A stretch of 64,000 bases of DNA from an uncultured Gemmatimonadales bacterium (GTDB lineage Bacteria; Gemmatimonadota; Gemmatimonadetes; Longimicrobiales; RSA9): contig CAWCUS010000004.1 in the NCBI GenBank assembly GCA_963798845.1, positions 64,001 to 128,000 on the forward strand. The letters are read 5' to 3'. The translations under genes and the position numbers were made by a program. Below, piece by piece: positions 33,324 through 44,100 of the stretch (its first letter is position 1; each line of letters starts with the position of its first letter). Below the pieces are notes generated by a model that searched no databases, was not told the DNA's origin, and was given only the letters and a program-made list of their open reading frames with translations.

Positions 33324-34613
33324 ATGCGGCGGATAGCCATTATGGCGCTGGGCGTCGCTGCGGTCGTGACCGCGGCGAGCTGTGCCGACGAGGACCCGAC
33401 CACGGTAGGGGGCGGGCTGGTCGGCAATCACGCGCAGACGTTCGATCTGGTGCTGGATCCGGCGGAGTTTCTGGTCTCGGACACCACGTACGACAGCCTG
33501 GGGTCGCTCAACGAGGCGAGCTTTCGTATGGCGGCCCACGAGTTCGCGGGGTCTCTGGAAGCGCACACGCTCTTCCTTGTGCGTCGGCCGCGGTCGATCA
33601 GCTACACCGACGCCTCGAACGTCACGCACACGGACACGCTGCCGGCTCTGGGAGGCGCCAAGCTCACGGTCGTCATGGACACGATCGCCTCCACGGCAGG
33701 GCCGGTGGACCTCCAGGTCGTGCAGCTGACGGAATCGTGGGACCCGAGCTCGGTGTCGTGGGGCCTCCGCTACGACACGGCATCCGTGTCGCAGCCGTGG
33801 GCGACCCCGGGCGGAACGACGGGCGACGTGCTGGCCGACACCACCTGGGAGTCCGGGGACACGCTCGTCATCCAGCTCGACTCGGCGGCCGCCCAGGCGT
33901 GGTCCGACACGACGGCGGATGGCCTGGGCGGGATGCTCCGCTCGACGACGCCGGGCGCGCGCGTCTTCATCCGCTCCATGACACTGACCTTCGACGTCCT
34001 GCCGACTCAGGGCGACACCGTGCTCAGTGGCGGCAACATCGCCGGGCAGGCCTTGGTCGCCGCGCCGGACGCGCCGCCGCCCGGGCCCGGCGAGCTGCGT
34101 CTGGGCGGCCTGCCCACGTGGCGCTCCCTTCTCCGCTTCCTCCCGATCGCCGACCTGCCCGTGCCGTGCTCGATCACGAGCACGACGTGCACGGTCCCGC
34201 TCTCGGAGGTGAAGATCAACGCCGCCGTGCTGCAGCTGCAGCCGATTCCCGTGGGTGCGCGGCTCCTGGAGCGGCCGATCCTGGCGCAGGGGAGCGCGGT
34301 GCTCGGGGCGCCCGGGGTGCCGATCACGCGGTCTCCGCTGAGCGGCGCTCTGGGCATCACCCGCGACAGCCTGCGTGCCGATCTATTCGATGGCTCCTCT
34401 GCGTCGCCGCCGCGGGTGACGGTGCCCGTGACCACGTTCGTCCAGAACCTGGCGAACGCGACCTCCGACAGCACCGCGGTTCCGTGGCTCGCGCTCACGC
34501 AGTTCGGCGAGGGCTCGAGTTTCGGATACGCGGCGTTCGCAGCCATCGCGAGCGGGAACGGGCCCCGACTCCGGCTGATCGTGACCGTGCCCGAGTCGAA
34601 GGTGGCGCCATGA
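33324..34613 (+). CDS. Beta-rich lipoprotein of unknown function
   Basis: Lipobox TAASC; S/T-rich beta-type composition; codon usage consistent with a real gene. Confidence 0.75.
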   Translation: MRRIAIMALGVAAVVTAASCADEDPTTVGGGLVGNHAQTFDLVLDPAEFLVSDTTYDSLGSLNEASFRMAAHEFAGSLEAHTLFLVRRPRSISYTDASNVTHTDTLPALGGAKLTVVMDTIASTAGPVDLQVVQLTESWDPSSVSWGLRYDTASVSQPWATPGGTTGDVLADTTWESGDTLVIQLDSAAAQAWSDTTADGLGGMLRSTTPGARVFIRSMTLTFDVLPTQGDTVLSGGNIAGQALVAAPDAPPPGPGELRLGGLPTWRSLLRFLPIADLPVPCSITSTTCTVPLSEVKINAAVLQLQPIPVGARLLERPILAQGSAVLGAPGVPITRSPLSGALGITRDSLRADLFDGSSASPPRVTVPVTTFVQNLANATSDSTAVPWLALTQFGEGSSFGYAAFAAIASGNGPRLRLIVTVPESKVAP

Positions 34614-35818
34614 GGGTCGCACGCTGGACCACCGCCGCTGCGGCGGTGATCGTGTCGCTGAACCAGGCCGTCCCGGCGTCCGCGCAGTCGCTGACTTCCA
34701 TTCGCGGTCTGGGATACCCCCTGGTCCCGGCGGACGCTCGGGCGGAGATCCTGGGAGGTCTGGGGATCGGGCTTCAGGGCTTTGCCGCCAGCATGGTGGA
34801 CCCGGCGGCCGCTGCGGGCGTCGGCCGCAAGGGCGGCGTCGTCATGTTCGACGTGACTCAACGAAGGGTGAGCACGGGCAATGCGGGGGAAACCGTCGGT
34901 GCCACGCGTTTCCCGCTGCTTCGCCTGGTCTACCCCGCGGGCGGGATGGTCTTCACCGCCGGCTACGGCGGGTACCTGGACCAGAGCTGGGGCGTGGTCT
35001 CGGAAGGGAGCGCGACGCTCGGCAGCGAGACGGCGACCTACCGTGACAGGCTGGTGTCGCAGGGCGGCGTGAGCACGCTCCAGGTCGGTGCCGCGGTGCC
35101 CATCGGGCCGCGCTTCGCCGTAGGCGCCGCGCTGGGTGTCCACACGGGCAACCAGAGCGTGGACTACCGCCGACTTTTCGACACCACGTCCGTCGCGACC
35201 CTGCAGCCGTACCTGGAGAATTCGAGCTGGCGGTTCCGCGGCACCACGGCGCAGCTCGGCATCCGGTGGGATCCCATGAGCGTGCTCCGCGTCGCGGCCA
35301 GCGTGACGTGGTCCGGCCCTCTCTCGGCGGACTCCCTGAGCGGCCCGGTGGCCAGCCGGGAGGTAGACCTCCCTCTCCAGGTGGCCATGGGCGCCAGCGG
35401 CTACCTGGCTCCAGGCGTCCTCGCGGCCGTATCCGGGCGCTGGAGCGGGTGGAGCAGCGCCGGTACCACCATCTATGCGCCGGCGGGTGGCCCCGAGCTG
35501 GGAGCGCGCGACACCTGGGAGCTGGGTGGCGGGCTGGAATGGGCCAGGCCCGATCCCCGGGCGACGCGCACCTTCCCGCTCCGCCTCGGCTTCAGCTATC
35601 GTCAGCTGCCGTTCACGTTCGTCAGCGATGCGCCGAGCGAGTGGTTCGTTGGCGGCGGACTCGGGATGCGTGTTGGCCCGGACCCGACGAACCCCGTCGC
35701 GTCGCTCGACTTCACCGTGGAGCGAGGCTCGCGAAGCGCTGCGGGAGACGCCACGGTGGGTGCCCTGTCGGAGAAGATGTGGCGCGTGGGCGTCTCGATC
35801 GCACTCTTCGGAACCTGA
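34610..35818 (+). CDS. Probable outer-membrane beta-barrel protein (FadL-like)
   Basis: Signal peptide ending ASA-QS, GLG and DPA elements near the N-terminus, alternating hydrophobic strands; ATGA overlap with the lipoprotein gene. Confidence 0.7.
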   Translation: MRVARWTTAAAAVIVSLNQAVPASAQSLTSIRGLGYPLVPADARAEILGGLGIGLQGFAASMVDPAAAAGVGRKGGVVMFDVTQRRVSTGNAGETVGATRFPLLRLVYPAGGMVFTAGYGGYLDQSWGVVSEGSATLGSETATYRDRLVSQGGVSTLQVGAAVPIGPRFAVGAALGVHTGNQSVDYRRLFDTTSVATLQPYLENSSWRFRGTTAQLGIRWDPMSVLRVAASVTWSGPLSADSLSGPVASREVDLPLQVAMGASGYLAPGVLAAVSGRWSGWSSAGTTIYAPAGGPELGARDTWELGGGLEWARPDPRATRTFPLRLGFSYRQLPFTFVSDAPSEWFVGGGLGMRVGPDPTNPVASLDFTVERGSRSAAGDATVGALSEKMWRVGVSIALFGT

Positions 35819-35829
35819 CGCAATCCGCC

Positions 35830-37284
35830 ATGGCATTGCCCCACCCCCGGCCGCACCGTTCCCGCAAGGCGTACGTGGAGACCTACGGCTGCCAGATGAA
35901 CATCAGCGATGGCGAGCTGATGGAGGGCATTCTGGCGTCGAACGGTTTCGAGGTGGCCGCCCGGCCGGAGGACGCGGACGTCATCCTGGTCAATACGTGC
36001 GCGATTCGAGAGCACGCCGAGCAGCGCGTGCTGGGGCGAGTGGGGGAGCTGAAAAGGCTGAAGCTGGCCAATCCGGACGTCATCATCGGGGTGACCGGCT
36101 GCATGGCCCAGCGGCTGGGCGAGCGGCTCCTGGAGCAGGCTCCGTACGTGGACCTGGTCATGGGACCGGACGGGTACCGGAGCCTCCCCGACGCGCTCGC
36201 CCGGGTCCGGCCCCAGCTCGCCGAGGGACCGGTGGAACCCGCGCCCGGCGCCGCCCGTGGCCGCCGCGAGCTCCCGGTCCTGTCCACCGCAGCCGGTGCA
36301 TCGGGAGCACCGGACCGGCGGCTGGCATTGCTCGATTTCGCGGCGCACGAGAATTACGAGGGCCTCGAAGTCCGGCGCCGGGGGGGCGTCAGCGCGTGGG
36401 TGCCCGTCCAGCGCGGCTGCAACTACCGCTGTACGTACTGCATCGTGCCATACGTGCGGGGCGGGGAAAAGAACCGCGACCCGGAGCTCGTGCTGGACGA
36501 GGTGCGGGCGATCGCGGAACAGGGAGTCGCCGAAGTCACGCTTCTCGGACAGACGGTGAACTCCTACGTCCACGGCGATTGGGACTTCGCTCGCCTCGTC
36601 CAGGCCGTAGCACGGGTCGATGGCATTCGGCGGGTGCGCTTCACTTCGCCGCACCCGAACGACGTCACCCCCGCGCTCATCAGCGCCATGGCCGACGAGC
36701 CGGCTGTTTGCCGTCAGCTGCACCTTCCCGTGCAGTCGGGGAGCGACCGGATCCTGAAGCGGATGGTGCGGCGCTACACGGTGGAGCGGTACCTGGAGAT
36801 CGTGGCCTCGCTGCGTGAGACGATCCCGGACATCGCGCTGTCCACCGACGTGATCGTGGCCTTCCCCGGCGAGACGGAGCCGGAGTACGAGGCCACGCTG
36901 GACCTGATGCGGACCGTTCGCTTCGATGACGCGTTCCTCTACCGGTATTCCCCACGCGAGGGGACGCCCGCCACGCGGCTGCCAGCGGAGGACTTCCTCC
37001 CGGACGCCGTCGGGCAGGCGCGGCTCGAGCACCTCATCCAGGTGCAGCGTGAGATCCAGGCGGAGATCAACCGCTCCGAGGTGGGGCGGGTGGAAGAGGT
37101 GCTCGTCGAGCGCGCTGCCCGGAGCCAGGGCGACGTGCTCGGGCGCACGGAGCGCAACAAGGTGGTGGCCTTCCCCGGCCCCACCGACCTCGTCGGCCGC
37201 TTCGTGCGCGTGCGGCTGGACGACACCACCGGCGCCACGTTCATGGGCACCCGCATACCCGAGGACGCAGCGCGCGTGGCCTGA
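35830..37284 (+). CDS. miaB: tRNA-i6A37 methylthiotransferase MiaB
   Basis: TYGCQMN, NTCAIRE, GCMAQ, CNYRCTYC (radical SAM), HLPVQSGS, C-terminal TRAM domain. Confidence 0.95.
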   Translation: MALPHPRPHRSRKAYVETYGCQMNISDGELMEGILASNGFEVAARPEDADVILVNTCAIREHAEQRVLGRVGELKRLKLANPDVIIGVTGCMAQRLGERLLEQAPYVDLVMGPDGYRSLPDALARVRPQLAEGPVEPAPGAARGRRELPVLSTAAGASGAPDRRLALLDFAAHENYEGLEVRRRGGVSAWVPVQRGCNYRCTYCIVPYVRGGEKNRDPELVLDEVRAIAEQGVAEVTLLGQTVNSYVHGDWDFARLVQAVARVDGIRRVRFTSPHPNDVTPALISAMADEPAVCRQLHLPVQSGSDRILKRMVRRYTVERYLEIVASLRETIPDIALSTDVIVAFPGETEPEYEATLDLMRTVRFDDAFLYRYSPREGTPATRLPAEDFLPDAVGQARLEHLIQVQREIQAEINRSEVGRVEEVLVERAARSQGDVLGRTERNKVVAFPGPTDLVGRFVRVRLDDTTGATFMGTRIPEDAARVA

Positions 37285-37321
37285 CCTCCGACGCGGCCAG
37301 CCGCGATGGGAGGGGGACTGA

Positions 37322-39679
37322 GTGCCCCGGGCCCCGCTGGTTCCCGGAACCCTCCTCTTCGGCGCCGGCGTCGCGCTTTCCCTGATCCGGCCCGCGCCCG
37401 CCTGGGTCGGGCCGCTCCTCTTTCCCCTCCTGCTCGCGGCAGTGGTCGGCTCCGCCCTCGCCACTTCGGGAAGGCTGCGCCTCCGTCCTTCGCTCCTTCT
37501 CGGTCTTCTTCTCCTTGCCGGTGCGACGACGGGGACCGCCACGCTCACCCGTGCGCGCCGCTCGTGCGCCACCGACCTGCCGACGGACGTGCGGCTCCTC
37601 GTCCACGGGACCGTGATGCAGGGGGGCGCCGAGCCCCGTGTCCGGATCGGTCGGGTGGAAGCGCCGGCGGGGCCGAGGCGGTGCGACATGGAAGCGGGGA
37701 CGCGCTGGAGGGAGGCGCGCGGCGGCTCGCCAATGACCACCGGCTCGGGGTTCGGCGCCGTCGTCCACATCTGGCGCGCTCCGGGGGCGGGGGTGATTCC
37801 GCGTCCCCCGCTCCTCCTCGTGGACAGCGCGTGGTCCGAGGCCGCGGCCGGGGAGCCGGGCTGGTGGATCCTGGCCGCGGGCCGCGCCAGGGAACGCGCG
37901 AGGCAACGCGTCGATGCGCTCTATCCGAAGCGCGGCGGTCTCGTCGCTTCTCTCCTCCTCGCCCAGCGAGACGGCGTGGAAGCGGAGGTCCGGGAGCGTT
38001 ACGCCCGCGCCGGCCTCAGCCACCTGCTCGCCATCTCGGGGCTGCATGTCGGCCTGGTCTCGGGCGTGCTCCTGCTCCTGGCCGGGGTCGCGCGGATGCC
38101 GCGCCGGAGCGCCGCTGTGGCCGCAGCCGTGGGGACGGTGGGATACGTGGCGTTCCTCGGCGCGCCGCACGCCGCCACGCGCGCCGCGGTTCAGATCGTC
38201 CTCCTGCTGGCCGGGCGGGCGCTCCAGCGCCCGGCACAGGCCGCGTCGCTCATGGCGGCGGCCGCACTCGTCATCCTGGCGTGCGATCCCGCCGCGGTGA
38301 TCTCTCCGGGGTTCCAGCTCTCTTTCGCCGGGGTGGCCGGGATCCTCGCCCTGCGACGCCCGCTGCTCCGTCACCTCCGCTCCGCCATCTCCCGGGCGAG
38401 CGGGCGAGCGGCCGGGGGCGGGAGCAGAGCGTCCACGGCCGTGCGGTGGATCACGGACGGCGTGGCCACCAGCCTGGCCGCCACACTCGCCACCGCGCCG
38501 ATCGCTGCGTGGCACTTCGGGCGTGTGGCCCCCGTCGGCGTGTTCGCGAACCTGGCCGCGATCCCGCTCATGGGCGCCATCATCCCGGCGCTCGCCCTCT
38601 CACTCCTGCTCTCGCTGGTTTCTCAGCCCGCGGGCGCGTTCGTGGCCGGCGCCGGGAACGCTCTACTGTGGGCGCTGGATCGTATCGCCGGCGCCGCCGC
38701 CGGCGTCCCGTGGGGCGCGTTCGCCGTGAGCGGGCCCGCCGTTCTGGTACTGGCCCTGGCACTGCTCGCCGGCTTCGCCGTAGCGCGGAGGCTCGGACGG
38801 CTGCGGCCGAGCGTGCGCGGTACTTCCTGGGTGGCCGTCAGCGCCGCAGTCGTGCTGCTCGCCCCCGTCCGCCCTGGCAGTGGGCGGCTGGAGCTGCACA
38901 TGATCGACGTGGGGCAGGGCGACGCCCTCGCGCTGCGCACGCCCGCGGGCCAATGGCTCCTCGTCGACGCAGGTCCGTCTTCCGCCCGCTACGACGCCGG
39001 CGAGCGCGTGGTCGTGCCCTACCTCCGCCGCCATGGCGCCCGCCGCCTCGAAGCGCTGGTGCTCACTCACCCCGACGCCGACCACACCGGCGGGTCGGCC
39101 GCCGTGGTGCGCGCGCTGCACCCTCGCTGGGTGGGAGACCCGGGAGTGCCGGCGGGGAAGGGGCTGTACCTGGACGTTCTCAGGGCCACCGCCCGTACCG
39201 GCGTGCCCTGGATCGGGCTGTCCCGCGGCGCGGTGATCGATGTGGACGGCGTCCACATCGACGTGGTCCACCCCGTCCGCGCGGGCCTGCCCGTGGAGGA
39301 CGCCAACGAGGCGAGCGTCGTCATTCGCGTCTCGTACGGCGCGTTTTCCGCCCTCCTCACAGGGGACGCCCCCACGGATGTGGAGGACGAGATCGTCGAG
39401 CATTACGGCAGCGGGCTCCGCTCCACGGTGCTCAAGGTCGGCCACCACGGCAGCGCCACTGCGACCGGCGACGGAATCCTCGCCGCCACCCGTCCACGAC
39501 TCGCCCTCCTTTCCGTCGGCCGACACAACCACTTCGGGCATCCCGCCCCTTCCGTGGTCCGTTCACTCCAGCAGCACGGTATTCGCATCCTGAGATCCGA
39601 TGACGACGGGTCCGTGGTGGTGTCCGTCGATCGGAACGACCAACTCGAGGTGCGCCGCGAACGAGGGACGGCACCGTGA
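37322..39679 (+). CDS. comEC: DNA uptake channel ComEC/Rec2 with metallo-beta-lactamase domain
   Basis: HLLAISGLHV, GFQLSF, DVGQGD, THPDADH, KVGHHGS, FGHP. Confidence 0.93.
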   Translation: MPRAPLVPGTLLFGAGVALSLIRPAPAWVGPLLFPLLLAAVVGSALATSGRLRLRPSLLLGLLLLAGATTGTATLTRARRSCATDLPTDVRLLVHGTVMQGGAEPRVRIGRVEAPAGPRRCDMEAGTRWREARGGSPMTTGSGFGAVVHIWRAPGAGVIPRPPLLLVDSAWSEAAAGEPGWWILAAGRARERARQRVDALYPKRGGLVASLLLAQRDGVEAEVRERYARAGLSHLLAISGLHVGLVSGVLLLLAGVARMPRRSAAVAAAVGTVGYVAFLGAPHAATRAAVQIVLLLAGRALQRPAQAASLMAAAALVILACDPAAVISPGFQLSFAGVAGILALRRPLLRHLRSAISRASGRAAGGGSRASTAVRWITDGVATSLAATLATAPIAAWHFGRVAPVGVFANLAAIPLMGAIIPALALSLLLSLVSQPAGAFVAGAGNALLWALDRIAGAAAGVPWGAFAVSGPAVLVLALALLAGFAVARRLGRLRPSVRGTSWVAVSAAVVLLAPVRPGSGRLELHMIDVGQGDALALRTPAGQWLLVDAGPSSARYDAGERVVVPYLRRHGARRLEALVLTHPDADHTGGSAAVVRALHPRWVGDPGVPAGKGLYLDVLRATARTGVPWIGLSRGAVIDVDGVHIDVVHPVRAGLPVEDANEASVVIRVSYGAFSALLTGDAPTDVEDEIVEHYGSGLRSTVLKVGHHGSATATGDGILAATRPRLALLSVGRHNHFGHPAPSVVRSLQQHGIRILRSDDDGSVVVSVDRNDQLEVRRERGTAP

Positions 39680-40050
39680 TCAGCATCCTGGACGCCCTGG
39701 CGCGGCTGATGGCCCCCGAAGCCGTGACCGTGGACATGACCCTCCCGGCAGGCGCTTCCGTCCGACGGTCTCGAGCGCTTCCCACCCTGGGGGGTCGCCT
39801 CGCCGGGATGAGCGGCCCGGCTTCCGCCGTGACGCTCGGCCGGACCATCGTCCTGCATCCCGGCGTCGCGCCGACGCCACAGCTGTTGCGGCACGAGCTC
39901 GTCCACGTGGCCCAGTGGATGCGGGAACCGATGGTCTTTCCATTCCGTTACATCAACGCCCATATTCGTCACGGATACCACGCCAATCCCTTCGAGCTCG
40001 AGGCCCGGGCTGCGGAGAACGGGTCCGGCACAACCGGAGAGACCGCATGA
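39676..40050 (+). CDS. Small HExxH protein (DUF4157-like putative metallopeptidase)
   Basis: AVTLGRTI, LLRHELVHVAQ, NPFELEAR; 4-nt overlaps with both neighbours. Confidence 0.75.
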   Translation: MISILDALARLMAPEAVTVDMTLPAGASVRRSRALPTLGGRLAGMSGPASAVTLGRTIVLHPGVAPTPQLLRHELVHVAQWMREPMVFPFRYINAHIRHGYHANPFELEARAAENGSGTTGETA

Positions 40051-41072
40051 CGTCCCGATCGGTGGTCACCATCGAGCGCCACATCATCGACCAGGAACGA
40101 CGTCACCCGCAGGCGACGGGTGCCCTGAGCGACCTGCTGTACAACATCGCGCTGGCCGCGAAGATCATCGCGCGCGAAGTGAGTCAGGCCGGTCTGGTGG
40201 ACATCCTGGGTGCCACCAAGCAGACCAACGTCCACGGCGAGACGGTCCGGAAGCTGGACGAGTTCGCCGACGATGTCATCTTCAATGCGTTCGACCACAC
40301 CGGCCTTCTCTGCTGCATGGCGTCCGAGGAGCACGAGGAGATCCTGGAGGTCCCGGACCGTTTCCCCACGGGGAAGTACACGCTGCTCTACGACCCGCTG
40401 GACGGGTCGTCGAACATCGACGCCAACGTGTCGATCGGGACCATCTTCTCGGTGCACCGGAAGATTTCGGAGGACCCGCGCGGTTGCGAGGAAGACTGCC
40501 TGCAGCGCGGCCGGGACCAGATCGCCTCGGGCTACATCGTATACGGCTCCTCGACGATGCTGGTATACACCACCGGGGCCGGCGTCCACGGGTTCACTCT
40601 TGACCCTTCAATCGGCGAGTTCCTGCTGAGCCACCCGGACATCCAGATCCCGCGGCCCCCGCAGCGCATCTACAGCATCAATGAGGCGTACTACGGCCGC
40701 TGGTCCGAGCCGCAGCGGCGGCTGATCGATCACCTGAAGGGGCTGGACGGCGACAACGCGAAGCGGTGGTCGTCGCGCTATATCGGATCCATGGTGGCGG
40801 ACCTGCACCGCACCCTCCTGTACGGCGGCCTGTTCATGTACCCGGCCGACACGCGGCACACGAACGGCAAGCTTCGGCTCCTCTACGAGGCCTCGCCACT
40901 GGCGTGGATCTTCGAGCAGGCGGGCGGCCGCGCCACGGACGGGAACCGCTCGCTGCTCGACATCATGCCGACCAGCCTGCACCAGCGGACGCCGGTGTTC
41001 ATGGGCTCCGCGGAGCACGTGGACATGGCGCACGAGTTCCTGGGCGAGGACGCGCTGGCCACGAGCATCTGA
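40047..41072 (+). CDS. fbp: Class 1 fructose-1,6-bisphosphatase
   Basis: SEE, DPLDGSSN, RYIGSMVAD, GKLRLLYE. Confidence 0.96.
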   Translation: MTSRSVVTIERHIIDQERRHPQATGALSDLLYNIALAAKIIAREVSQAGLVDILGATKQTNVHGETVRKLDEFADDVIFNAFDHTGLLCCMASEEHEEILEVPDRFPTGKYTLLYDPLDGSSNIDANVSIGTIFSVHRKISEDPRGCEEDCLQRGRDQIASGYIVYGSSTMLVYTTGAGVHGFTLDPSIGEFLLSHPDIQIPRPPQRIYSINEAYYGRWSEPQRRLIDHLKGLDGDNAKRWSSRYIGSMVADLHRTLLYGGLFMYPADTRHTNGKLRLLYEASPLAWIFEQAGGRATDGNRSLLDIMPTSLHQRTPVFMGSAEHVDMAHEFLGEDALATSI

Positions 41073-41117
41073 CGGGTCTCGCGGCCTCGCGGCCGGGAGT
41101 CGCGATCCGCCCGACTG

Positions 41118-41156
41118 GAAGAAGGCCCCGCCGGCAGCGCCGGCGGGGCCTTCTTC
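41118..41156. terminator. Probable bidirectional intrinsic terminator between fbp and the TonB-dependent receptor
   Basis: Perfect 18-bp inverted repeat GAAGAAGGCCCCGCCGGC-AGC-GCCGGCGGGGCCTTCTTC. Confidence 0.8.
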
Positions 41157-41177
41157 ACTGCGGTTCCCGGGATGGGA

Positions 41178-44100
41178 TCAGAAGGTGAGCCGGATCCCGG
41201 TCTGAATGCTCCAGCGGCTGTCGTAGAACGTGGTGTACGGCTTCACCGCGTTCTGGACGCCGTTGTCGTCCGTGACGGTCGGACCGTAGTAGTCGAACTG
41301 CATCGCACCCGTGGCGTTGTCACGCCCGCGCAGCTGCAGCAGGTTGATGTCCGAGTAGATCGGGCCCTGATCGAGGCCCCACTCGTGGTTGAGCAGGTTC
41401 AGCACGTTGAAGACATCCAGCGTCAGCGCGATCTTGCCGCGCTGCGTGGGCAGGGGGATGCCCTGCTGGAGCTTGACGTTCAGCTGATTGGTCCAGGGCG
41501 CCTGGCAGGCGAACGCCTCGAGGATGCTGCCCTTTGCGTCGCTCAGGCACGGCTCGAGATCGACCAGCTCGTTGAAGAGGCGCTGGTCCTCGGCCCCCGG
41601 CCGACCCGTCGGGCTCCAGGTGATCTCGCTGGCGTTGTTGGGAATGTAGACGATGTCGTTGTTGCGGTTGTTCACCACACCAAACGTCTCGTACCCGTCG
41701 CCGTTGACGTCCCCGTCGTAGATGTAGTAGTAGCGCTTCCCGGACCGGCCGATGTAGAACAGCGACAGCGTGGTCCCGCCGAACTTCTCGAAGAACGTCC
41801 CCGATGCGCTCACCAGGATCTTGTGCGGCCGATCGAAGCTGGACGGGGCCACCGGCGGGTCGTTCGGGTCCCCGCTGATCCCGTTGTACCCGTAATTCGA
41901 CGTGGCAATGCTGGACGTGAGGTCCTGCGTGGAGAACGCGCGGGAGTACGTGTAGGCGGCCCGCACGTCGACGTTGTCGAAGAAACTCCGCTGCAGCTCG
42001 AAGTTGAACAGGTACGCGTAGTTCTTGCTGTCGTTGGTGAGCTCGATCACCGGACCGAACGCACTGTTCTTCCGGTTCGGCGCCATCGCGTCGTAGGAGT
42101 TGTCGACCGGGTAGCCGTACACCGGGCGGCTGCCGATGGCGTCCGCCGGGTTCGACTGGCCGACGTACTCGAAGTTGAGGTCCTTCATCGCGATCTGGTT
42201 GATGGACTTCGTGTACAGCCCTTCCACCGTCGCCTGGAGGTCCCACGGCAGCTGGCGGTCAAAGGCCAGCGAGACCTTCAGCTCCTGCGGGAACTTGAAG
42301 TCCTGGTCGAACACGTTGACGACCATGACGCCGCTCGCCGTGGCCGGCGTGCCGTCTGCGCAGGTCGTTGGCACCGCGCTGCCCGTGAAGGTCGGCGTGT
42401 TCGCGCCCGAGCAGTTCAGCGCCACCAGCTCGTGACCGGTGTTGCCGTACTGGTTCGACAGCCATACGAACGGCGGGCGACCGGTGAAGAGCCCCGCACC
42501 ACCGCGCACCTGCGTCATCATGTCGCCCGGGATCTGCCAGTTGAAGCCGAGGCGGGGCGAGATGGAGAAGTTCCCCGACGGCACGACGGCCGTGGACAGA
42601 CCGAAGGCCTGCTGGAAGTCCCCGTTGTTGCGCGGCTTGTCCGGCATGATCGGGACATCGAAGCGGAGCCCGCCGCTCAGGGTGAGCTGCGGGTTGACCG
42701 TCCACTCGTCCTGGACATAGGCGCTCAGGTTGTAGACGCCGAACTTCGCGGCCAGGTCGCCGACGGTCAGGTCCCCGTACGGGACGTTGACGAAGTAGCT
42801 GCTCGCGTTCCCGGCGGCGAAGTCGGCGAGGTTGTCGAACCCCCACTGACCCATGGTGCCGGGGGCGAACAGGTTGCGGAAATGATAGTACTCGAGCTGG
42901 CCACCGAGCGTCGTACGGTGGGCTCCGAACACCTTCGTGAAGTTATCGGTGATCTGGACAATGTCCTGGTCCAGCTCGTTGGCCTGCGAGTACAGCTCGG
43001 CGCCGGCCTGAAGCGTGCCGTTGACGGACCCGCTGCTCACGCTGCTGGTGTTGTCGACCTGGACGAGCGGGTAACGGCCCACGGGGTTCCGACGGTCGCG
43101 GACGCGCTCGTAGTTGACCAGCAGCTCGTTGAACAGGTCCTGCGCGAAGGTCGAGTGGACCTGCAGCACCGCCGAGTTTGTGTTGCTCTCGAAGTTGTAG
43201 GTGCCCGATGAAAGCGTGAAGTACGACCCGCGTGAAGGCGAGCTCTGGTCGGATGCGTGCACGAAGTTGTCGCGGAACGTGATCCGGTGCTTCTCGCTCG
43301 GCGACCAGTCCAGGCGCGCGAAGACGTTGCTGTTCGGGTTCTCCTCGGCGTAGGCCGACGGGTCACCCGCGGAGAACCCGTACTGGTTCTCCAGGATGTT
43401 GATGAAGCGCCGGATCGAGTCCGGACTCTCCTTGATGATGGCAGGATCCGAGTCGATCCCGTACTGCAGCGGGTACTTCCGCTGCTGGAACTCGCCCGCG
43501 GCATAGAGGTGCAGCCTGTCCTTGACGATCGGGCCGCCCAGCGAGAAACCCAGCGTCTGGTCCAGGAAGTCGGCCGTCGTGAGCGTTTGCTCGACCGAGC
43601 CGCCGCCCGCCACCGGGAGCTTGTATGCCAGGCTGTCGTTCAGGAAGTTCTCGTCCCGGTAGTATCCGTACAGGGAGCCCTTCCACTCGTTCGTCCCGCT
43701 CTTCGTCACGGCGTTGATCAGGCCGCCGCTGAAGCCGGCCTGGCGCACGTCGAAGGGGGCCACCAGCACTTCGAACTGCGCGATGGCGTCGATCGGGATC
43801 GGCTTGGCGTTCGCCTGACCGCCCGGTACGCCGCTCGCCGCCAGACCGAACACGTCGTTGTTCACGGCGCCGTCGATCTGAATGTTGTTCATCCGGTTGT
43901 TCTGCCCGCCCACGGACGGAGCATCGCCGGTGACCGAGACGTACGGCGACATCGCAGCCAGGTCGTTGATGTGCCGATCAATGCTCGGCACGTCCGCGAT
44001 CGACGCCTCGTCTACGGTCGTCTGCGCGCCCATGTGCGTCGGGCTGAACACGTCGCTGCGGGCCGTGGTCACGCGGATCTCACCCGCGCTCACCGCCTCC

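Noticed and set aside
41075..41110. GCGGCCTCGC fragment after fbp as another array copy
   Set aside because: Only about 10 nt match and the AGAGGGGCTC core is missing; this is expected by chance at this GC content.
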